Source: Planctomycetota bacterium (GTDB lineage: Bacteria; Planctomycetota; B15-G4). Taken from it: a DNA stretch of 64,000 nt. A model generated the notes under the pieces. It made no database searches, was not told the origin of the DNA, and saw nothing but the letters and a program-made list of their open reading frames with translations. Both the position numbers and the translations under genes were made by a program. Location of the stretch: contig JBBQUR010000002.1 of the NCBI GenBank assembly GCA_038212275.1, positions 232,778 to 296,777 on the forward strand. Direction: 5' to 3'. This document shows positions 18,325-28,817 of this stretch, in pieces (the first letter of the stretch is position 1; every line of letters starts with the position of its first letter).

Positions 18325-20916
18325 CTAACCTCGATCGCGCCTCCGTCGCTGGACCCGCTTGTAGACCTCGAACCAGAGCACGCCGAGCACGCCGGCCGCG
18401 ACGGCGATCGTCAGCTCCCCGACGTGCAGCGCAGAAAAGCCAAAGAGCTGCTGCGTGAAGGGAAGCCACAGCAGCAGCGCCAGCAGCAGGAGCGTGCCGC
18501 CGATGATGGACCAGAGCGCGACGTTGCGGTCCCGGAGTCCGGCGATGGCGCCGTGCGTCCATGAGCGGTTCACGATGATGAGCCCCAGGTTCGCGACGAC
18601 GAGCGTGGTGAAGGACATCGTCCGCACCTCCGGCGCAGGCAGGCCGTCGAGCACGCCCCACAGGTAGACGCCGAGCACCGCGACGAGAGCGACCGCGCCC
18701 TGCAGCAGGCTGATCGTCAGCATGCGCCGCCCGAACATGGACTCTGCGACGGGTCGTGGCCCGCGCTGCATGAGGCCCTCCTCCTCCGCCTCGGCCTCGA
18801 AGACGACCGAGCACGCGGGGTCGATCACGAGCTCCAGAAAGGCGATGTGCACCGGCATGAGCACCAGCGGCAGCAGCGCGCCGCGGAAGTGCGGGAAGAG
18901 CACCGGCAGCAGCGACATCCCGGCGATCGGGACGTGGACGGCCAGGATGTAGGCCATCGCCTTCTTCAGGTTGTCGTGGATGCGGCGTCCCGCGCGGACG
19001 GCGCCCACGATGGAGGCGAAGTCGTCGTCCGTGAGCACGAGCGCGGAGGCCTCGCGCGCGACATCCGTTCCGCGCTGGCCCATCGCGATGCCGATGTCCG
19101 CGGCCTTCAGCGCCGGGGCGTCGTTGACGCCGTCGCCGGTCATCGCGACGACGTCCCCGCAGGCCTGGAGCGCGCGCACGATGCGCAGCTTCTGTGCCGG
19201 AACGACGCGCGCGAAGACGTTGACGCCGCCGATGCACGCCGCGAGCGCCCCGTCGTCCAGCGTGTCCAGCTCGGTCCCGCTGACGAGCCGGCCCGCCGGG
19301 TCGAGCCCGATCTCGCGCGCGATGGCGAGCGCCGTCGCCGGATAGTCGCCGGTGATCATCACGATGCGGATCCCGGCCGAGTGGCACTCCGCGATCGCGC
19401 CCGGCACCGCGTTTCGGATCGGGTCGGCCAGACCGACGAGGCCGACCCACTCGAAGCGGTAGTCGTGCGCGAGGCCGGGCAGCGCCTGCTCGCCGCGGAA
19501 CGTCGCGCGGGCGACGCCCAGCACGCGCAGCCCGTCACCGGCCAGGCGCGTGACGTCGGCGAGCAGCGCGGTGCGGCGCGGCGGCTCGAGGTGGCACAGG
19601 TCGATGATGGCTTCCGGCGCGCCCTTCGCCGCGACGACGAGGTCGCTCCCGTCCGGCGAGCGCCACACGTGGGACATCGCCAGCAACTGCTCCGAGAGCG
19701 GGTATTCCCGCACCAGGCTCCAACCGGCATGCAGGTGCTCCGTCCGCGCGAGGGTCCGCTCCGCCAGCGACTTGAAGGCCACGTCCATCGGATCGAACGG
19801 GTTCACCGGGCTGGCGAGCAGTGCGTACTCGGCGATCTCGTGCACTTCCTCCGGCAGCGTGGCGGCGCCTGGCTCAATGCGAACGGCGCGCTCGCCGGGC
19901 TGCAGTGCGCGCACCGTCATCCGGTTCTGCGTGAGCGTCCCGGTCTTGTCGGTGCAGAGCACGGTGGTCGCGCCGATCATCTCGATCACCGGCATGCGTC
20001 GCGTCAGCACGTGGCGCTTCGAGAGGCGCCACGCGCCGAGGGCGAGGAAGATCGTCAGCACCACCGGGAATTCCTCGGGCAGCATCGCCATCGCGAAGGT
20101 GATGCCGGCGAGGAAGGCGCCCAGCCAGTCGGCGCGCGTGAGCCCGTAGAACACCACGATCACGGCCGCGAGCCCCAGCCCGAGGATGGCGAGGCGCTTC
20201 ACCAGGCGCGCGACATCCTGTTGCAGGCGCGTCTTGCCCGGGACCACTTCGTTCAGCGACCTGCCGATCCGGCCCAGCTCGCTGCGGCCTCCGGTCGCGG
20301 CGACGCGCGCCACGCCCTGGCCCTTCACCACGAGCGTACCGGAGAAGACGAAGGGCGTGCCGTCGCCGCCGGGCCGGCCCATGACGGTGTCGGCGGCGGC
20401 GCGGGCCTTGCGCACCGGGATCGACTCGCCCGTCAGCAGCGACTCGTCCACGGTGAGGTTGCCGCTGTCGAGCACGATGCCGTCGGCCGGCACGCGGTCG
20501 CCCTCGGAGAGCAGCACGACGTCGCCCGGCACGACCTCGCGGCCGGGAATGCGGCGCTGCACGCCGTCGCGCACGACGAGGGCCCGCGGGCTGGCCAGGT
20601 CGCGCAGCGCCGCCAGCGCGCGCTCCGTGCGTCGCTCCTGAAAGAGCGTGATGCCGATGACGACGAACACGAACACGAAGAGCAGCACCGCGTCCCGCAA
20701 GCGCTCGGGCTCCTGCAGACTGACGAGCAGGTTGAGCGAGCCGGCCGCGACGAGCATCAGCAGCATCGGCTCCCGGATCACCGAGAGCACGATCCGAGCC
20801 AGGTTGCGCGGCTTGGCGGACTCGATCTCGTTGGGGCCTTCGGTCGCGAGCCGCGACGCCGCCTCGGCCTCGCCCAGCCCGGTGACGGACGCTGCGTCGA
20901 AAGGCTCGGTCGTCAC
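18325..20916 (-). CDS. Cation-translocating P-type ATPase (P2-type)
   Basis: DESLLTGES, PEEFP, DKTGT, KGAPE, MITGD, GDGVNDAPAL; GTG start inferred. Confidence 0.93.
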   Translation of the reverse strand: MTTEPFDAASVTGLGEAEAASRLATEGPNEIESAKPRNLARIVLSVIREPMLLMLVAAGSLNLLVSLQEPERLRDAVLLFVFVFVVIGITLFQERRTERALAALRDLASPRALVVRDGVQRRIPGREVVPGDVVLLSEGDRVPADGIVLDSGNLTVDESLLTGESIPVRKARAAADTVMGRPGGDGTPFVFSGTLVVKGQGVARVAATGGRSELGRIGRSLNEVVPGKTRLQQDVARLVKRLAILGLGLAAVIVVFYGLTRADWLGAFLAGITFAMAMLPEEFPVVLTIFLALGAWRLSKRHVLTRRMPVIEMIGATTVLCTDKTGTLTQNRMTVRALQPGERAVRIEPGAATLPEEVHEIAEYALLASPVNPFDPMDVAFKSLAERTLARTEHLHAGWSLVREYPLSEQLLAMSHVWRSPDGSDLVVAAKGAPEAIIDLCHLEPPRRTALLADVTRLAGDGLRVLGVARATFRGEQALPGLAHDYRFEWVGLVGLADPIRNAVPGAIAECHSAGIRIVMITGDYPATALAIAREIGLDPAGRLVSGTELDTLDDGALAACIGGVNVFARVVPAQKLRIVRALQACGDVVAMTGDGVNDAPALKAADIGIAMGQRGTDVAREASALVLTDDDFASIVGAVRAGRRIHDNLKKAMAYILAVHVPIAGMSLLPVLFPHFRGALLPLVLMPVHIAFLELVIDPACSVVFEAEAEEEGLMQRGPRPVAESMFGRRMLTISLLQGAVALVAVLGVYLWGVLDGLPAPEVRTMSFTTLVVANLGLIIVNRSWTHGAIAGLRDRNVALWSIIGGTLLLLALLLWLPFTQQLFGFSALHVGELTIAVAAGVLGVLWFEVYKRVQRRRRDRG

Positions 20917-21120
20917 GGAGAGTCCTCTCGAGGCGCGCTCGAGCCGGCAAGCGCATTCACGGTTATCCGGGCGGCGTGCCGCCCGGCACTGCGGCCGCGC
21001 CGGCTGCGAGCCATCTTCCTCAACCACGGCGCGGCCCGCGCGATACGCCTGTGCTGGCCCTCAGGCCGTGAGCGCCGGCCCTCAGACCCGTGTGCGTCGT
21101 CGGCGCCAGCTGCCTGGCAG

Positions 21121-23709
21121 CTACAGCATCGCGACGGGATCCACGTCCACGATGACGCGCGCCTGGCGGCTCAGGCCGACCGAGGGGCCCAGGCGCCCGA
21201 GCACTGCCGACACCGCGCCGTCCGTCGCGCACTTGCACACGAGGTGCCAGCGGTGCTGCTCCGCGATGCGCGCGATCGGCGCCGGAGCCGGCCCCAGGAT
21301 CTCGACGCCGTCGAGCGGCCCGGGGCCCGGCTCGGCGGGAGTGACGGCCGCGGCGGGCGTGTCGGCCGCGGCGTCCGCAGCGGACGGGCCGTGCGCAGCG
21401 GACGCGTCGTACGCGCCGGACGCGTCAGGCAACACCGGGCGTGACGGCGCGCCGAAGTCGAACTCCGCCGTGATGGCAGCGCCGATGCTCGCGCCGGGCG
21501 CCGCACGACGGGAGGCCGCAGTGTGCGCACCGCCCTTCGCCTCGCGGGCCGGCTCCGGCTCGCCGCGCAGCCTGCGCGCCAGCTCGTGTGCGCGCGTGCG
21601 CGCGTGGGCCTCGTCCGGTGCGTGGATGACGACGCGCACCAGTCGCGTGAACGGCGGGTAAGCGCTCTCGCGCCGCGCGGCCAGCTCCGTCGACGCGAAG
21701 CTCACATAGTCCTGGTTCACGCCGAGGCGGATGGCCATGTGCCGCGGATCGAAGGCCTGCACGACGACGCGCCCGCCCTTGGGGCCCCGCCCGGTGCGCC
21801 CCACCACCTGCGCGAGCAGCTGGAAGGTGCGCTCCGCCGCGCGATAGTCCGGCAGGAAGAGCGCGCTGTCCGCGCAGATCACGCCGACGAGCAGCACGTT
21901 GGGAAAGTCCAGGCCCTTGGCGATCATCTGCGTGCCGATGAGCACCTGCGTGCGCCCCGCGGCGAAGTCCGCCAGCGCGCCCTCGTGCGCGCCGCGCCCC
22001 GACATCGTGTCGCTGTCCATGCGCGCCACCGAGGCGTGCAGGAAGCGCTGGCGCACTTCCTCCTCCACCTTCTCGGTGCCGTAGCCCAGCGGGAGCAGCG
22101 GCCCGCGGCAGGCGGGGCATTCGCGCGGCGGTGCCTTCTCCGTGCCGCAGTAGTGGCAGATGACGCGGTTGGCTTTGCGATGCAGCGTCATCGAGACATC
22201 GCAGTGCAGGCACTTGAGCGACTGCTTGCACTTGCGGCACAGCAGCACGGGCGACCAGCCGCGCCGGTTGAGGAAGAGCAGCACCTGCCCGCCGCGCGAG
22301 AGCGCATCGTCCATGCCGGCCTGCAGCGGATCCGACAGGAACGAGAAGGCCCCGCCGCGCCGCTGCTCCACGGTGAGGTCCACCATGACGATGTCCGGAG
22401 CGCGCCCGCCGGCCACGCGGTCGTGCAGCGTGAGCAGCCCGAGCTGCCCGTCCTGCGCCGCGTGCCAGGCCTCGAGCGACGGCGTCGCCGTGCCCAGCAG
22501 CACGATCGCGCCGGTGAGCCGCCCGCGCTCGAGAGCCACGTCGCGCGCGTGGTAGCGCGGCACGTTCTGCTGCTTGAAGGTGGTCTCGTGCTCTTCGTCG
22601 AGGACGATGAGCCCGAGCCGCGGCACCGGCGCGAACACCGCCGAGCGCGCGCCGACGACGACGTCCGCCTCGCCGGCGCGGATGGCGCGCCACTGCGCCG
22701 CGCGCTCGGCATCCGTGAGGTGGCTGTGCAGCACGGCGACGCGTGCGAAGCGCTGCCGGAAGCGCTTGACCGTCTGCGGCGTGAGCGCGATCTCCGGCAC
22801 GAGCACGATGCCCTGCCGCCCGCGCGCCACCACCTCCGCGAGCAGCTGCAGGTACACCTCCGTCTTGCCGCTGCCCGTGACACCGTGCAGCAGGAAGGCG
22901 CGGCTGGCAGGACCGGCGGCAGCGCCCGCAACGGGGACCACGCCCGCTGCCGCGCCAGCCAGCAGTCCAACGCCACTCGCACCGCCGGGCACGGACACGC
23001 CGCTCGCCATCGCGCCGTCCAGCACCGCGCCGTCCAGTGCCGCGCCGTCCAGCGCCGCGATGAGTCGGTTCGTGACCTCGCGCTGCGGCTCGGTGAGCTC
23101 CAGCGGCTCGGTGCGCTCCACGGGCGTCGCTGCCAGCGGGTCGCGCACGGCGGCGGCGCGACGCAGTTCGATGAGGCCGGCCTTCACCAGCGTCGCCAGC
23201 GGCGAGCGGCTCACGTGCGCCAGCGACATCAGCTCGCGCGCCGGCAGCGTGCCGCCGCGTTCCGCCAGGATGCGCAGCGCGCGCGCCTGCTTCTCGTGCT
23301 TCTCCTGCAGCTCCTCCACCTGGCCGCGCATGAGCCGCGGGTCGCCGAGCAGCACGGCCTCCTCCACGACGCGCCCGCTGCGGCCGGCCTTCACCGCCGG
23401 CGGCAGCGTCGCGTCCAGGGCCTCGCCCCACGAGCAACCCGTCGCGGTGGCCACCCACGCGGTGAGCTGCAGCACGTCCGCGCCGACGAGCGGCTGATCG
23501 TCGACGAGACCGACGAGCGGCTTGACCTCCACGCCGTCCGGCGGCGGCTGCTCGTCCACGCCGACGCAGACCGCCGCGAGCCGGCGCTTGCCGAAGGGCA
23601 CGAGCACGCGCACGCCGGGCACGACGCGTTCGAGCAGCGCCGGCGGCACGGAGTAGCTGTAGAGACCGGCGACCGGCAGCGGCGGCGCGACGCGTGCGTA
23701 GCGGGTCAT
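21121..23709 (-). CDS. priA: Primosomal protein N'
   Basis: VPFGKR, GVTGSGKTEVY, PEIALTPQ, DEEHE, two Cys-rich zinc motifs, GTQMIAKGLDFP, DVDP C-terminus. Confidence 0.95.
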   Translation of the reverse strand: MTRYARVAPPLPVAGLYSYSVPPALLERVVPGVRVLVPFGKRRLAAVCVGVDEQPPPDGVEVKPLVGLVDDQPLVGADVLQLTAWVATATGCSWGEALDATLPPAVKAGRSGRVVEEAVLLGDPRLMRGQVEELQEKHEKQARALRILAERGGTLPARELMSLAHVSRSPLATLVKAGLIELRRAAAVRDPLAATPVERTEPLELTEPQREVTNRLIAALDGAALDGAVLDGAMASGVSVPGGASGVGLLAGAAAGVVPVAGAAAGPASRAFLLHGVTGSGKTEVYLQLLAEVVARGRQGIVLVPEIALTPQTVKRFRQRFARVAVLHSHLTDAERAAQWRAIRAGEADVVVGARSAVFAPVPRLGLIVLDEEHETTFKQQNVPRYHARDVALERGRLTGAIVLLGTATPSLEAWHAAQDGQLGLLTLHDRVAGGRAPDIVMVDLTVEQRRGGAFSFLSDPLQAGMDDALSRGGQVLLFLNRRGWSPVLLCRKCKQSLKCLHCDVSMTLHRKANRVICHYCGTEKAPPRECPACRGPLLPLGYGTEKVEEEVRQRFLHASVARMDSDTMSGRGAHEGALADFAAGRTQVLIGTQMIAKGLDFPNVLLVGVICADSALFLPDYRAAERTFQLLAQVVGRTGRGPKGGRVVVQAFDPRHMAIRLGVNQDYVSFASTELAARRESAYPPFTRLVRVVIHAPDEAHARTRAHELARRLRGEPEPAREAKGGAHTAASRRAAPGASIGAAITAEFDFGAPSRPVLPDASGAYDASAAHGPSAADAAADTPAAAVTPAEPGPGPLDGVEILGPAPAPIARIAEQHRWHLVCKCATDGAVSAVLGRLGPSVGLSRQARVIVDVDPVAML

Positions 23710-23734
23710 CGGCGGCGGCTCCCGACGCGCCGCT

Positions 23735-24091
23735 TCAGCCGGCCGACGGCGGCGCATGGCCGGCCACGGGTTCGTGGCAGGCGCACGGAGCGCGGTGGCA
23801 GCGCGGGCAGCCGTCCTGATATTTGCGTGCGGCGGCGGCCTGCAGGTCCACGCCGTTCATCGAGGCCAGCGTGACCAGCCAGGCCAGCACGTCGGCGAAC
23901 TCTTCCTCGAGATTCTCGCGCTGGCCGCGGCGCAAGGCGCGCGACAGCTCGCCGACCTCCTCCGCGAACCACATGAAGGTGCCCGCCGTGCCGCGCGCGC
24001 CGTCCTTCGCGCCGTAGATGCTCTCGATGAGCGCCTGGAACCCGGCGATGGTCATCTGGCTGCCCTTGCCGCTGCTGCTCACGCCACTCAC
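23735..24091 (-). CDS. MazG-like nucleotide pyrophosphohydrolase
   Basis: WFAEEVGEL...EEEFADVLAWL; C-terminal CPRCxxxPCxC. Confidence 0.85.
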   Translation of the reverse strand: MSGVSSSGKGSQMTIAGFQALIESIYGAKDGARGTAGTFMWFAEEVGELSRALRRGQRENLEEEFADVLAWLVTLASMNGVDLQAAAARKYQDGCPRCHRAPCACHEPVAGHAPPSAG

Positions 24092-25755
24092 GATGTCGCG
24101 CCCTCATCTCCGGCCTGACGGCCCAGCGAGAGCAGCGTCACATCCTCCGTGAGCGGCTGCTCGCCTCGGAACTTCTTCACCAGCGCGGCCATGCGGCGCA
24201 CGAAGAGCGCGGCGGGGTGCACGGCTTCGCGGCGCACGAGGTTCGCGAAACGCTCCTCGCCCAGCTCGGCGCCCTCGGCATTGGCGACGCGCGTGACGCC
24301 CGGCGTGTAGAGCATGACGCGGTCGCCGGGCTGAAGCGCGAGGCGCACGACCTTCAGCGTGCGGTCGAAGACGGGGCCCTTGTCGAAGCCCAGCGCGATG
24401 CCCTCGCTGTGCACGGGCAGCAGCTTGCCGTCGCCCGAGCCGCGGTACAGCAGCAGCGGACTGTGGCCCGCATTGGCCACGGTGAGCGTGCCCGCCGCCG
24501 GATCCAGCACGGCCAGCAGCACGGTGACGTACATGCCGCGCCGCAGGTCCGAGGAGAGCAGCGCATTCACGTCGCGCAGCATCGCGCCCGGATCCGAGGT
24601 GCTGCGCGCGATGGCCGTGAGGAAGGAGCGCGCCATGGTCATGACCATCGCCGCGGGCAGGCCGCGCCCCGAGGCCGAGCCGACGATGAGGCCCCAGCGT
24701 GCGCCGGGCAGCTCCAGCACGTCGTAGTACTCGCCGCCGAGCGTGCCGGAGGTCTCGTGGTGCCCGGCGAGGTCGAAGCCCGCGATGTCCGGCAGCTTGC
24801 TCGGGAAGAGACTGGTGGCCACCTCGCCCGCGACGGCCATCTGGTGCACGGAGGTCGCCGCGTTGCGCTCGGCCTGGCGCGCCTCGTGCAGGCTCTGCGT
24901 CATCTGGTCGAAGCTGCGCGCCAGCGCGCCGATCTCGTCCCGGCTGTGCGGCTCGGTGCGGTGCTCGAGGTCGCCGCCCGCGACGATGCGCAGGTCTTCC
25001 TTCAGCAGCGTGAGCGGACGCGTCACCCAACGCCCCGCGAACCAGGCCACGCCCGCGCCGATGAACACGAAGACTGCAGCGAGGAACATGACGCGGCTCA
25101 TGAGCTTCGTCGTCGCTTCCTCGATGGCGGAGGCGCTGATGTACACGCTGAACTCCGCGACTTCCTGCCCGTCGCGGTCGACGACGGGATAGCTGCCGCG
25201 GATCACGTGCTGCAGCTTCCCGCCGATCTGCAGGTAGAGCTCGCTGGCCGCGCCGTGCGGGAAGGTCACGGGCCGGTCGTCCGCCATCGGCGCAAAGGTC
25301 AGGTTGCCCGCGTAGGAGGCGGCCAGCACGCCGCCGCGCTCGCCCTTGGCGCGCAGGTCCACCGCGACGATGCGCGCGTCGCTGCGGACCATGCGCTCGA
25401 AGCGCGCGCGATTCCAGTCGAAGCTCTTGATGTACTCCGTGTCCTGGAAGGCCAGCTCGTATTCCTTCGGCTTCATCGCCTGCGCCAGAGCCTTCACTTC
25501 CGAGGCCGTCTTGCCCTGGAAGTCCGTGCCGAAGTATTCGCTCCAGGCGAGCAGGTCCGGCTGCGCGGCCATGAACGCCGCCTCGTGCGCGGCGTGCTTG
25601 ATCTGCAGCTTCACGGCGTCCGTGATGAAGCCGCGCGCGAAGAGCGCGAAGCCCAGCATGAAGAGCGCGATCGTGCCCGCCATCACCAGCGCCAGCTTGG
25701 TGGCCAGCGGGATGTCGCGCATGCGCCGGCCCTCGGTCTTCACCTTCCTGGCCAT
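24088..25755 (-). CDS. Membrane HAMP plus SpoIIE/PP2C-family phosphatase
   Basis: Two TMs; HAMP (DEIGALARSFDQM); GGEYYD, ANAGH, EDVTLL. Confidence 0.82.
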   Translation of the reverse strand: MARKVKTEGRRMRDIPLATKLALVMAGTIALFMLGFALFARGFITDAVKLQIKHAAHEAAFMAAQPDLLAWSEYFGTDFQGKTASEVKALAQAMKPKEYELAFQDTEYIKSFDWNRARFERMVRSDARIVAVDLRAKGERGGVLAASYAGNLTFAPMADDRPVTFPHGAASELYLQIGGKLQHVIRGSYPVVDRDGQEVAEFSVYISASAIEEATTKLMSRVMFLAAVFVFIGAGVAWFAGRWVTRPLTLLKEDLRIVAGGDLEHRTEPHSRDEIGALARSFDQMTQSLHEARQAERNAATSVHQMAVAGEVATSLFPSKLPDIAGFDLAGHHETSGTLGGEYYDVLELPGARWGLIVGSASGRGLPAAMVMTMARSFLTAIARSTSDPGAMLRDVNALLSSDLRRGMYVTVLLAVLDPAAGTLTVANAGHSPLLLYRGSGDGKLLPVHSEGIALGFDKGPVFDRTLKVVRLALQPGDRVMLYTPGVTRVANAEGAELGEERFANLVRREAVHPAALFVRRMAALVKKFRGEQPLTEDVTLLSLGRQAGDEGATS

Positions 25756-25810
25756 CGGCTCTCCGCCCCGGGGTTGCTGCGCCGCGCCATGCGCGCCGCG
25801 TGGCGCGCGT

Positions 25811-26359
25811 TCAGACGGGCAGCAGCGCGACGATCACCGCCGCGTAGACGCCCGCCATGACGTCGTCGGCCATGATACCGAGGCCACCGTGCAGTCGCTC
25901 CAGTTGCGCGCACGGCGGCGGCTTCCAGATGTCGAAGAGCCGGAAGAGCGCGAAGGCGACGAGCACTCCCCACGGCGACATCGGCCCGGGCAGCAGCGGC
26001 AGCAGCGCGATGCCCTGACCCACGACCTCGTCGAGCACGAAGGGCCCGGGATCGCTCACGCCGAAGTCGCGCGCCGCGCGATTCCCGAGCCAGATGCCGG
26101 CCGCGAAGATCAGCGCGAGCACGGCCAGCGTGGCGCCGCGCAGGACCCACGCGGCCGCGGCGGGACTGAAGCCCTCCACGTTCCAGACGCCCGACTGGTA
26201 GCAGCCCGTGCGGAGGAAGATCTCCGGCTCGAGCAGTCCGCGCACGCCGAACAGCAGCGCGAGCAGCAGCGCCGTGGCGGCCGAGGCCCACGTGCCCGGT
26301 GCGCGCGGCAGCCAGCCGACGCCGCAGGCCGTGGCGAGAAAGCGGCGGACGCGGCTCAT
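25811..26359 (-). CDS. pgpA: Phosphatidylglycerophosphatase A
   Basis: APGTWAS, DPGPFVLDEVVG, FRLFDIWKP, GIMADDVMAG. Confidence 0.92.
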   Translation of the reverse strand: MSRVRRFLATACGVGWLPRAPGTWASAATALLLALLFGVRGLLEPEIFLRTGCYQSGVWNVEGFSPAAAAWVLRGATLAVLALIFAAGIWLGNRAARDFGVSDPGPFVLDEVVGQGIALLPLLPGPMSPWGVLVAFALFRLFDIWKPPPCAQLERLHGGLGIMADDVMAGVYAAVIVALLPV

Positions 26360-26374
26360 GTCAGTGCAGGCCGG

Positions 26375-26986
26375 TCACAGCCGCGCATCGCCGTGCTGGC
26401 GCAGCACGCGCGCGGCGGCCGCGACGTAACGCGCGCCCGAGCTGATCGTCACCACGAAGGTGAGCCAGGTGGCCACGTAGGCAAAGGTGTCCACCACGGA
26501 GAAGAGCAGCCGCTGATCGGGCCAGCCCAGGTCCACCGCGCGCTGGGCGAAGAGGGCCGGGATCACGACGCATTGCAGCACCATCTTGAGCTTGCCGTCC
26601 CAGCGCGCGGGAAAGGCGACGCCGCGGGCCTCGATGAAGCCGCGCAGCCCCGACACCATGAACTCGCGGCTGATGATGAGCACCACCATCCACACCGGCA
26701 GCACGGGCCGCGCCCATGGGCAAGCCGTCAGGAAGATGAGCCCGCCCGACACGATGATCTTGTCCACGACCGGGTCGGCGATGCGGCCAAAATCCGTCTG
26801 CAGGCCGAGCTTGCGCGCGTAGTAGCCGTCCAGCGCGTCGGTCGCGACGGCGAGGATGAAGATGCCGCCCGCGATGGTGGGCTTCCACCACTCGGACGCG
26901 GTGTCGGCGTGCGTGAGCTCGAGGAAGGCGAAGAAGAACAACGCCAGCGCGAAGCGGCCCATCGTGATGCGGTTGGGGAGGTTCAT
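26375..26986 (-). CDS. pgsA: CDP-diacylglycerol--glycerol-3-phosphate 3-phosphatidyltransferase
   Basis: MNLPNRIT, TDALDGYYAR...FGRIADPVVDK, REFMVSGLR, GKLKM. Confidence 0.92.
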   Translation of the reverse strand: MNLPNRITMGRFALALFFFAFLELTHADTASEWWKPTIAGGIFILAVATDALDGYYARKLGLQTDFGRIADPVVDKIIVSGGLIFLTACPWARPVLPVWMVVLIISREFMVSGLRGFIEARGVAFPARWDGKLKMVLQCVVIPALFAQRAVDLGWPDQRLLFSVVDTFAYVATWLTFVVTISSGARYVAAAARVLRQHGDARL

Positions 26987-27083
26987 CGCGAGCCGCGGGA
27001 GGAGCGGGCACTGTCGCGCGGCCCTGCGCGAGATCGGCCAGCCTCGCGTCGCGCCTCGCGCTCGGCCTCCGGCGGCACGAGGC

Positions 27084-28817
27084 TCAACGCGAGTCGGCGG
27101 CGCCGGACTCGAGCGTCGCGGTGAGGTCGTAGCCCTTGGTGCCGGTGATGCGCACGGGGATGAGATCGCCGACCTTCACCTCGGCGCTGCCGCGTGCGGG
27201 CTTGGCGGGCAACTCGACCAGCACGCGGCCGTCGATCTCCGGCGCGTCCGTCACCGTGCGGCCGATGGCGAGGCGCCCACTGCCGGCCACGGCGCGCTCG
27301 ACGCCATCCACCAGCACGGTGTCGCGGCTGCCGTGGCGTGCACGGTTCTTGGCGACGAGCAGGCCGCGCTGCAGCTCCATGACCTTGGCGCGACGTTCCT
27401 CGGCCAGCTCGCGCGGCACGCGGCCGTCCATGCGCCAGGCCTCCGTGCCCTCTTCCGGCGAGAAGACGAAGCAGCCGACGCGGTCGAAGGACAGCTCGGC
27501 CAGCAGGGCCATGAGGTTGTTGAAGGCGGCTTCCGTCTCGCCGGGAAAGCCGACGAGGATGGTCGTGCGCAGCGTGATGCCGGGGATCGCGTTGCGCAGG
27601 TCGGTCACCACTTCGCGGATGCGCTCCGGCGAGCTGCCGCGCCGCATGCGCTTCAGCACCGCCTCGTCACCGTGCTGCACGGGCATGTCCAGGTACGGGA
27701 CGACGTTTGGCACCGCGGCCATGGTCTCGATGAGGTGCTCGTCGATGGTGGCCGGGTGGGCGTACATGACGCGCACCCAGGGTTGCGTGGGCAGCTTGCC
27801 GAGCGCGCGCAGCAGTTGCGCGAGGCCCAGACCATGGCCGAGGTCCTTGCCCCAGTCCGTGCTGTCTTCCGCGATGAGCGTCAGCTCGCGCACGCCGAGC
27901 GTCGCCAGCGCGGCGGCCTCCTCCACGAGCACCGCCAGCGGCTTGCTCTTGAGTTTGCCGCGGATCTTCGGGATCGCGCAGAAGGCGCAGATGTGATTGC
28001 AGCCCTCGCCGAGGCGCAGGTAGGCGGTGTGCCGCGCCGTGAGCAGCGCGCGACCGAGGTCGCTGTCGCCCTGCTTGACGAGGCCGCCGGGCAGCTCGAT
28101 CTCCGTGGTCGGGTAGCCCATGCCGCCTGGCGCGCGCTCGAGGATCACGCGCGGCGGCGACGTGCGCGGCGCCGAGGGCGTGGTCTGCGGCGCAGGAGCC
28201 CGCACCGGGGCGCGGCCGACCTCGCCGCCGACGCAGACGGTGCTGGGCGCGTGCCCGAGCAGCGCGTCCACGATGGACGGCACGCCGCTGTAGTCGGAGA
28301 TGGGCAGGAAGGCGTCCACGCCGGGCAGCTCGGTCTTCAGCTTCGGCTCGTGAAGCTGCACGAGGCAGCCGGTCACGACGACGCCGCGCAGCTTGCCGCG
28401 CCGCTTCAGCTCGGTGTACTTGCGCACCGTGGCCAGGCTTTCCTCGCGGGCTTCATCGATGAAGCCGCAGGTGTTGATGATGACGACCTCGCTGTCCTCG
28501 GGGTTGCCGACCAGCGTGAGGCCCGCGCGGCCGAGGTGGCCGCCCATGACCTCGGTGTCCACCAGGGCCTTGCTGCACCCGAGCGAGACGAGGCAGACCG
28601 CGCGCGAGGCTGCGTGCGTCGCCGGCGCGGCGGACGCCCGGGACTTGCCGCGCGGGCGGCCTGTCGCTGGAGCCGCGGCCGACCTGGCACGCGCTGCGGA
28701 GGGCTCCGCTGGTGCCGATTTGCCGCGCGCGGCGGGCGCTGCCGGCTTGCCGGCCGAGGCCGGGCGCGCGGGAGATGGAGCCGGGGAACGGGACGAGGTG
28801 CGTGTGCGAGGCGTCAT
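27084..28817 (-). CDS. rimO: Ribosomal protein S12 methylthiotransferase
   Basis: SLGCSKALVDTE, INTCGFI, radical SAM CNHICAFC, YLDMPVQH, VGFPGET, TRAM DAPEIDG. Confidence 0.92.
   Translation of the reverse strand: MTPRTRTSSRSPAPSPARPASAGKPAAPAARGKSAPAEPSAARARSAAAPATGRPRGKSRASAAPATHAASRAVCLVSLGCSKALVDTEVMGGHLGRAGLTLVGNPEDSEVVIINTCGFIDEAREESLATVRKYTELKRRGKLRGVVVTGCLVQLHEPKLKTELPGVDAFLPISDYSGVPSIVDALLGHAPSTVCVGGEVGRAPVRAPAPQTTPSAPRTSPPRVILERAPGGMGYPTTEIELPGGLVKQGDSDLGRALLTARHTAYLRLGEGCNHICAFCAIPKIRGKLKSKPLAVLVEEAAALATLGVRELTLIAEDSTDWGKDLGHGLGLAQLLRALGKLPTQPWVRVMYAHPATIDEHLIETMAAVPNVVPYLDMPVQHGDEAVLKRMRRGSSPERIREVVTDLRNAIPGITLRTTILVGFPGETEAAFNNLMALLAELSFDRVGCFVFSPEEGTEAWRMDGRVPRELAEERRAKVMELQRGLLVAKNRARHGSRDTVLVDGVERAVAGSGRLAIGRTVTDAPEIDGRVLVELPAKPARGSAEVKVGDLIPVRITGTKGYDLTATLESGAADSR

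Noticed and set aside
18847..23874. Long + strand ORFs (865 aa, 783 aa)
   Set aside because: Antisense shadows of the P-type ATPase and priA, with no motifs
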